From NCBI RefSeq assembly GCF_004376175.1, contig NZ_SNUY01000004.1:9789-41788 (forward strand): 32,000 bases of DNA, in the 5' to 3' direction. The notes under the pieces are model-generated. The model was not told where the DNA came from. It worked only from the letters and a program-made list of their open reading frames with translations, and did not search any database. The stretch is from Halalkalibacterium halodurans. Its GTDB lineage: Bacteria > Bacillota > Bacilli > Bacillales > Bacillaceae_D. Position numbers and translations under genes: made by a program. Below, one piece after another: positions 27,081 through 32,000 of the stretch. Every line of letters begins with the position of its first letter. Position 1 is the stretch's first letter.

Positions 27081-29327
27081 TTAATGGCGATCGCTCTCGA
27101 TTCTTTTCAGTTTAAAAACGTACGATTGGAAATCCCCTGATTGCTCATCCTCTCTTAAAGCACTGGCCCCCGAAAATTCATTCGGCAATTGCAGACCAGA
27201 ATGCATCAGCTCATCTCCGCCATACGTTCCAGTCATGCCGTCAATTTGATATAAGCCACATTCCTGTAAGCCGGTAAGCTTCAGCTGACGAAACCCAGTA
27301 TTCACCTTTGCTAGTGTTTGGTAATAGCCGACGAGCGCTTCTGATTGATCCTCTGACACGACGATCCAACTCGTCACATTTCCATCCCCTACAAATGGAC
27401 TACGTAACCGATAAAACGTACCAAACATGATCAGCTCACGGTGTTCTTTATAAAAAGCGATTTGCTTTTTCATGTTTTCTTTTTCTTCGTCTGTCAATTG
27501 GGTCACGTCCAATTCGTAGCCAAACGCTCCGAAGAAAGCGACGTTGCCGCGAGTCTCAAGGCTTGTTACTCGACGTACCTGATGGTTAGGAACTGCCGAT
27601 ACGTGTGCACCGATTGAGCTCAACGGATAAACCATTGATGTACCGTATTGAATTTTCAATCGTTCAATCGCATCGGTGTCATCGCTCGTCCATGTTTGCG
27701 GAGCATAGTAAAGCATACCAGGGTCAAAGCGGCATCCACCGCTCGCACATGATTCAAATAAAACGTCAGGAAATTCCGAAATGAGCCGCTCGTATAAGTC
27801 GTAGACACCAAGAATATATCGGTGGGCAATCTCTTGCTGCCGCTCTTTCGGCCACGCAGGTGAACCGATCTCTGTTAAATGACGATTCATGTCCCATTTG
27901 ATATAGGAAATCGGTGCTTTTCTTAGAAGCTCCGCCATCATCTCATAAATAGCATCCACCACTTCAGCCCTTGAAAAATCTAGGACATATTGGTTGCGAC
28001 CATGGGACTGGCTACGGCCTTCCACATGGATGATCCAATCTGGATGTTTCTTAAAAAGTTCACTCTCTTTATTGACCATTTCCGGCTCAAACCATAGCCC
28101 GAAAGCTAGACCGAGCGCTTCTATTTTTTCAGCTAATCCTTCAATGCCATTCGGAAGCTTTTCGGAATTTACGAACCAGTCTCCTAACGATGTCGTATCA
28201 TCGTTTCTTGTTCCGAACCAGCCGTCGTCAAGAACAAACAGCTCTACCCCAAGCTTTTTTCCTTCCTTCGCAAACTCGACTAGAGAGTCCTCTGTGAAAT
28301 CGAAATAGGTGGCTTCCCAGCTATTTAATAGAATCGGTCTTGGCCGATCTCTCCAATTCCCGCGGACGAGACGAGACCGGTATAAAGAATGGTAGAGCTG
28401 ACTCAAATGATTTAATCCCTGATCGGTATAGACCATAACGACTTCTGGCGTTTGGAACGACTCTCCAGCTTCAAGAAGCCATTGAAAATCGAAAGGATGG
28501 ATTCCCATCTGAACTCTTGAAACATCATATTGGTCCACTTCCACTTGAGCTAAAAAGTTCCCACTATAAACGAGACTAAACCCATAAACCTCACCATGGA
28601 ATTCTGTTGTTTGTGGTCTTTTTAAAGCTATAAATGGGTTTTGCTGACTACTGCTCGCCCCTCGCGTGCTTGAAATTTGATGAATCCCTGGAACGAGAGC
28701 ACGCTCCTTCACATATCGCTCTCTTGACCACGATCCTGAAAGTTGAAGCATTTGAAAATCGGCATCAGGAAGATCAACCGACATGCTTAGAGCGCGCATG
28801 AGCTGAACCGGCGACGAATGATGGTTAATGAACCGCGCATGCCGTGTAATCACGTTTGTTTCTGCAAATACGGTATAGGTCAACACAAGCTCAACATCAA
28901 TGAGTGAATCATAGAGGAACACCTCAAGCGTTGCGGCTTCCTCTTCCGATTCGACGTACGTGGCCGGAAGTCCCTTCAATGGTTTCTTTCCGCTGGAGAT
29001 CACATGGTTTTTATACTCAAAGTTCGTAATTCGGCTCCCATTTTCCTGAAGAATTTGGAAGGCGGGCTCACGATAATCGGTTGTGCCATATGAAGGAAAT
29101 TCCTGCTTAATCAAATCGAGGGAAAACTCTAAGTTTCCTTCAAACACACATGAACTTGTCGCCCGTCGTTGAAATCGAAGTAAATGGGTAAAAGAATCCC
29201 GGTGTTCAATCTTTTTCCCGTAATACAGGTGCCCGAGTTGCTGATTGTCCAAAACCGTAAAAATATAGCTGCTTCCTTTTGTTTGTAAATGAAACTCCTT
29301 TGTTTGTTCTGTATAAAAAATAGGCAT
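27081..29327 (-). CDS. Alpha-galactosidase, glycoside hydrolase family 36
   Basis: About 748 aa with YIKWDMNR and ESCASGGCRFD, the GH36 catalytic-region motifs I recognise from AgaA/RafA/MelA-type enzymes. ATG 29325-29327 is preferred over the GTG at 29342 because GGAGGGGGAG lies between them. Confidence 0.92.
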   Translation of the reverse strand: MPIFYTEQTKEFHLQTKGSSYIFTVLDNQQLGHLYYGKKIEHRDSFTHLLRFQRRATSSCVFEGNLEFSLDLIKQEFPSYGTTDYREPAFQILQENGSRITNFEYKNHVISSGKKPLKGLPATYVESEEEAATLEVFLYDSLIDVELVLTYTVFAETNVITRHARFINHHSSPVQLMRALSMSVDLPDADFQMLQLSGSWSRERYVKERALVPGIHQISSTRGASSSQQNPFIALKRPQTTEFHGEVYGFSLVYSGNFLAQVEVDQYDVSRVQMGIHPFDFQWLLEAGESFQTPEVVMVYTDQGLNHLSQLYHSLYRSRLVRGNWRDRPRPILLNSWEATYFDFTEDSLVEFAKEGKKLGVELFVLDDGWFGTRNDDTTSLGDWFVNSEKLPNGIEGLAEKIEALGLAFGLWFEPEMVNKESELFKKHPDWIIHVEGRSQSHGRNQYVLDFSRAEVVDAIYEMMAELLRKAPISYIKWDMNRHLTEIGSPAWPKERQQEIAHRYILGVYDLYERLISEFPDVLFESCASGGCRFDPGMLYYAPQTWTSDDTDAIERLKIQYGTSMVYPLSSIGAHVSAVPNHQVRRVTSLETRGNVAFFGAFGYELDVTQLTDEEKENMKKQIAFYKEHRELIMFGTFYRLRSPFVGDGNVTSWIVVSEDQSEALVGYYQTLAKVNTGFRQLKLTGLQECGLYQIDGMTGTYGGDELMHSGLQLPNEFSGASALREDEQSGDFQSYVFKLKRIESDRH

Positions 29328-29367
29328 GGGCTCCCCCTCCACAAACTAAGTCTAGTCTCTTTAACGT

Positions 29368-30102
29368 TTATCCTTTTACCGAACCAGATGATAAGCCGGC
29401 AATAAAATATTTTTGTAAGAAAAGAAACAAAATCGTCATTGGCAACATTGCCATGAAGGCCGCCGCAGCGACGAGGTTCAAATTGCTTTGGTTTTCTCCA
29501 AAAAAGCTCGCTAAAGCAACGGTCAGCGTATGAACATCTTTGCTTTGCAAAAAGAAAATCGCAAACTGATAATCGTTCCAAATAAACACGCACGAAATAA
29601 TGAGCACTGAAGCTGTGACAGGCTTAAGCAACGGAAAGACGATTCGGAAAAAAATACTAATGGTGTTACACCCGTCAATTTTCGCTGCTTCTTCAAGCTC
29701 TTTCGGGATTGTTGAACGAATGAACCCTGCGTAAAGAAAGATCGTTAGCGGTAAAAATGCAGCTAAATTGTTTAAAATCGCAATCGTTCTCGTATTCAGC
29801 ATCCCTAAATTCACGACCATTTGGTAAAGCGGAACAAGGGCGGTTAACGGGGGAACGACCATAATTGCGACAAAAAAGAGCAAAACGAATCGATTTAATT
29901 TCGTCTCACGTCTCGCTAAAGGATAGGCTGCCATCGACCCAAACAAAATGAGGAGCACCGCTGCACCAGCCGTAATCAACCCAGTATTAATAAACGCATT
30001 TCCTAGGTTGGCACGCTCCCAAGCTGTCGCGAAATTTTCAAGCGTAAAATAGTCCGGTAATGCCCAGCGTGAGCTAAAATCTCCCCGTTCCTTTAGCGCC
30101 AT
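29368..30102 (-). pseudogene. Carbohydrate ABC transporter permease (MalG/BPD_transp_1 type), 5'-truncated by IS insertion
   Basis: EAA loop (EEAAKIDGCNTISIFFRIVFPLLKP) and five TM segments. The ORF begins in the first external loop (..LKERGDFSSRWALPDYFTLENF), so roughly the first 35-40 aa including TM1 are missing. IS-related sequence starts within a few nt of 30103. Confidence 0.8.
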
Positions 30103-30160
30103 CGTGTTAGAGTAAAATATTAGTGGGCAGAAAAAAGGAATTAGAGGAAAAATGTGTAAG

Positions 30161-30207
30161 CTTGTTGGTGAAGGGGGAAGTGGATTTCTTCCCCCTTCAC
30201 CAACAAG
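30161..30207. repeat. Perfect 20-bp stem / 7-nt loop hairpin inside the IS left end
   Basis: cttgttggtgaagggggaag (30161-30180) and cttcccccttcaccaacaag (30188-30207) are exact reverse complements. Confidence 0.95.
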
Positions 30208-30317
30208 ACACCAAGCGGAAGCGCGGTAGATATAAGCATTTTACATGAAAAAAAGGACCTCTTTTTGTATAGTTGATAACATCTAAACCACCAACATACA
30301 AAGAAAGGGTCCTCACT

Positions 30318-31676
30318 ATGAAAGATACCATATCTGAGATCACAATGAAAGCCTTAGAACAACTTACCTTCCGTGCATTACAGGAAAGTTTTACTCAAGT
30401 AATGACCGAGATATTAGTAAAGCTGGATGAAGAAATCGCTGAAAAAAGAGATAAAAAACGCTTCCGTTTTCACGATAAGAAAAAGTTAAGCTTTGAATCT
30501 GTTTTTGGTCGAATTGAATTAAAGCGCGCTTATTATAAAGACCGTGAAAAAGGGCAGTATGTTTACCTTCTCGATCAATATTTGGATTTTGACGGCTCAA
30601 AAGGGATGAGCCCTGTAATACAGGATGTGGCTATGGAGCTCGCTGTCACAGGCGTGTCCTACCGGCAGGCAGGAAAGGCTTTAGAAAAGCTGTTAGGGTA
30701 TCAGGTAATCAGCCACGAAGGTATCCGCCAACAAGTCTTGAATACAGACATCCTTCCAAAGGAGCCGGAAACTGTAGAGCGGGAAGTCCTGTTTGTGGAA
30801 GTGGATGGGCTATACACAAAAAGCCAGGAGAAAAACAGGAAAGGCAGAGAGGTTAAAATCGCCAGTATCCATCAGGGGTGGGAAGTCAACGGAAAGCGAA
30901 CCAGGCTGAAGAAAAAGCGCCACTTTATCCACAAAGGAAAAGGTCCTTTCTGGGAAGCTTTTGAGGATTTCCTGGTGACGAATTATGAGTACGATCCCAC
31001 AAAGCACCACCTAGTCATTAATGGCGATGGGGCGCCCTGGATTACAGCGTGCCGCGATTACTTCCAGCACAATGCGACCTTTGTGATTGACCGGTTCCAT
31101 ATCGCCCGCGATGTGCAAAGAATCTTCCGGGATCACCCGCGTTACCGTTCGATTCGAAAGAAACTGGCAGCCTATGACACAGATGGATTTATGGTGGAGG
31201 TAAACAGTGCGGTCGGCACGATTGAGCAGGAAAAGAAAGAGCAGCGTCTGGAAGAGTTAATCGCCCAGTTATCCCAGTATCCGGAGGCACTGGGGGATTA
31301 CCGGGAGAAGCTGAAGAAGAAAGGCATTGAGACAGAAGGATTTCGCCCAATGGGCAGTGCGGAAGGTATGATGAGTGTGTTTGCCAAAAGGCTAAAAAAT
31401 GGCCGAAGCTGGAGTGCTAAAGGGCTTGATAAGTTTATCGACTTGATGGTTGCATTGAAAGACCGCCTGGAAGTGAAAACCTTAAAGGGCTCCTTAAATC
31501 AGAGCCTCGAACTGGAAGAAGAAAAGAGAACGAAAAAGGATACCAAACCTCCAAAACACTTTGTAGAAAAGCTTAAAAGCAGTGCCGCAGAGGCAACGCG
31601 CAATAACATGGCTTACTTGCAAAACGCTATTGGAAAGCCGATTACAAACGCATTAAAAGGATTGAGAGGATTTTAA
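30318..31676 (+). CDS. ISLre2-family (UPF0236-like) transposase
   Basis: The architecture matches my memory of UPF0236/ISLre2 transposases: YLLDQYL, VEVDGLY, INGDGAPWI, IDRFHIARD. I prefer ATG 30318 (AAGGG 8 nt upstream) over the TTG at 30273. Confidence 0.72.
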   Translation: MKDTISEITMKALEQLTFRALQESFTQVMTEILVKLDEEIAEKRDKKRFRFHDKKKLSFESVFGRIELKRAYYKDREKGQYVYLLDQYLDFDGSKGMSPVIQDVAMELAVTGVSYRQAGKALEKLLGYQVISHEGIRQQVLNTDILPKEPETVEREVLFVEVDGLYTKSQEKNRKGREVKIASIHQGWEVNGKRTRLKKKRHFIHKGKGPFWEAFEDFLVTNYEYDPTKHHLVINGDGAPWITACRDYFQHNATFVIDRFHIARDVQRIFRDHPRYRSIRKKLAAYDTDGFMVEVNSAVGTIEQEKKEQRLEELIAQLSQYPEALGDYREKLKKKGIETEGFRPMGSAEGMMSVFAKRLKNGRSWSAKGLDKFIDLMVALKDRLEVKTLKGSLNQSLELEEEKRTKKDTKPPKHFVEKLKSSAAEATRNNMAYLQNAIGKPITNALKGLRGF

Positions 31677-31726
31677 AAAGGCTGATTTACGGAGCAAAAG
31701 AAAAGCAAAAAGTAAAGAAAGCGCTA

Positions 31727-31752
31727 TCATTTTCAAACATGTTTGAAAATGA
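31727..31752. repeat. 26-bp perfect palindrome downstream of the transposase gene
   Basis: tcattttcaaaca|tgtttgaaaatga has no loop. It lies 51 nt after the transposase stop. Confidence 0.9.
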
Positions 31753-31862
31753 AAACGGAGCGTAGTGGGACGGAATCAGGGAGACTCCTGCGGAAAAACG
31801 GGCCAGACGAGACCCCGCAAGGTGCTTTTCCTGAGGAGGCTCGGCGGTTCGTCCGCGGAAAG

Positions 31863-32000
31863 GTATGAGTAAAATGTTTGTGGGAGAAGAAACAACCTGC
31901 TCAACCAGGTAATGGAAGTTCATTACCTGGTTGAGCAGGCCACCAAGCGAAAGCGCGGTAGGGTTTAAGCAAAATGCATGAAAAAAGGGTCTCTCCTTGG
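31863..32000 (+). mobile_element. Start of a second, diverged copy of the ISLre2-like left end (runs off the window)
   Basis: 31867-31884 gagtaaaatgtttgtggg parallels 30110-30127 gagtaaaatattagtggg. 31940-31961 ccaccaagcgaaagcgcggtag parallels 30208-30229 acaccaagcggaagcgcggtag (20 of 22). The following taagca..catgaaaaaagg.ctct is also shared. Confidence 0.65.
31896..31939. repeat. Perfect 19-bp stem / 6-nt loop hairpin at the equivalent position of the second IS-like left end
   Basis: cctgctcaaccaggtaatg (31896-31914) and cattacctggttgagcagg (31921-31939) are exact reverse complements. The sequence is unrelated to the hairpin at 30161-30207. Confidence 0.95.

Larger units (their letters stand above)
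30103..31862 (+). mobile_element. ISLre2-like insertion sequence (boundaries inferred, about 1.76 kb)
   Basis: The left boundary is set by loss of permease coding sequence at about 30103. The right boundary is set where the left-end module repeats (from about 31863). No terminal inverted repeats could be identified. Confidence 0.55.

Noticed and set aside
29129-29593. Minus-strand 154-aa ORF spanning the agaA start and the permease 3' end
   Set aside because: It is out of frame with and overlaps two well-supported genes. It is Cys/Phe/Arg-rich and has no RBS.
30103-31862. Terminal inverted repeats of the ISLre2-like element
   Set aside because: The reverse complement of the left 35 nt finds no counterpart in 31677-31862. 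Only short direct motifs (agtaaa, tagtggg) recur. The ends therefore remain inferred from the gene break and the module repeat.
31687-31923. Minus-strand 78-aa ORF
   Set aside because: It overlies the GC-rich block and one hairpin arm. It is low-complexity, has no RBS, and its start lies inside the 31896-31939 palindrome.

Overview
The window looks like a chromosomal segment of a Bacillaceae-type Firmicute, judged from gene content, Shine-Dalgarno sites and sigma-A-like promoters. All family assignments come from motifs I recognise by eye; no searches were run.

Gene order, left to right:
- a partial DUF421/YetF-like gene, a DedA-family membrane protein and a small unknown ORF
- odhB-odhA (2-oxoglutarate dehydrogenase E2/E1)
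- a Cys-rich protein, then ku and ligD (NHEJ), transcribed divergently
- a tightly coupled SDR / QueA-like / VOC operon
- a cytoplasmic GAF histidine kinase with a NarL-type response regulator, and a DUF1906-like exported protein
- a monocistronic treP with two palindromic operators
- a radical-SAM (SPL-like) gene plus a 92-aa partner
- a sugar locus: LacI regulator, two Gfo/Idh/MocA oxidoreductases, an SSS symporter, a GH36 alpha-galactosidase and an ABC permease

Two mobile insertions stand out:
- A visibly AT-rich module of about 3.7 kb (ISL3-family transposase + merA + merR) lies exactly between ku and ligD.
- An ISLre2-like element truncates the ABC permease. It is followed immediately by the start of a second, diverged copy.

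Each of the two ISLre2-like left ends carries a different perfect 19-20 bp hairpin between conserved flanks. That is the most unusual structure I can see.

The SSS symporter carries one in-frame TAG. I recognised no rRNA, tRNA or CRISPR array.
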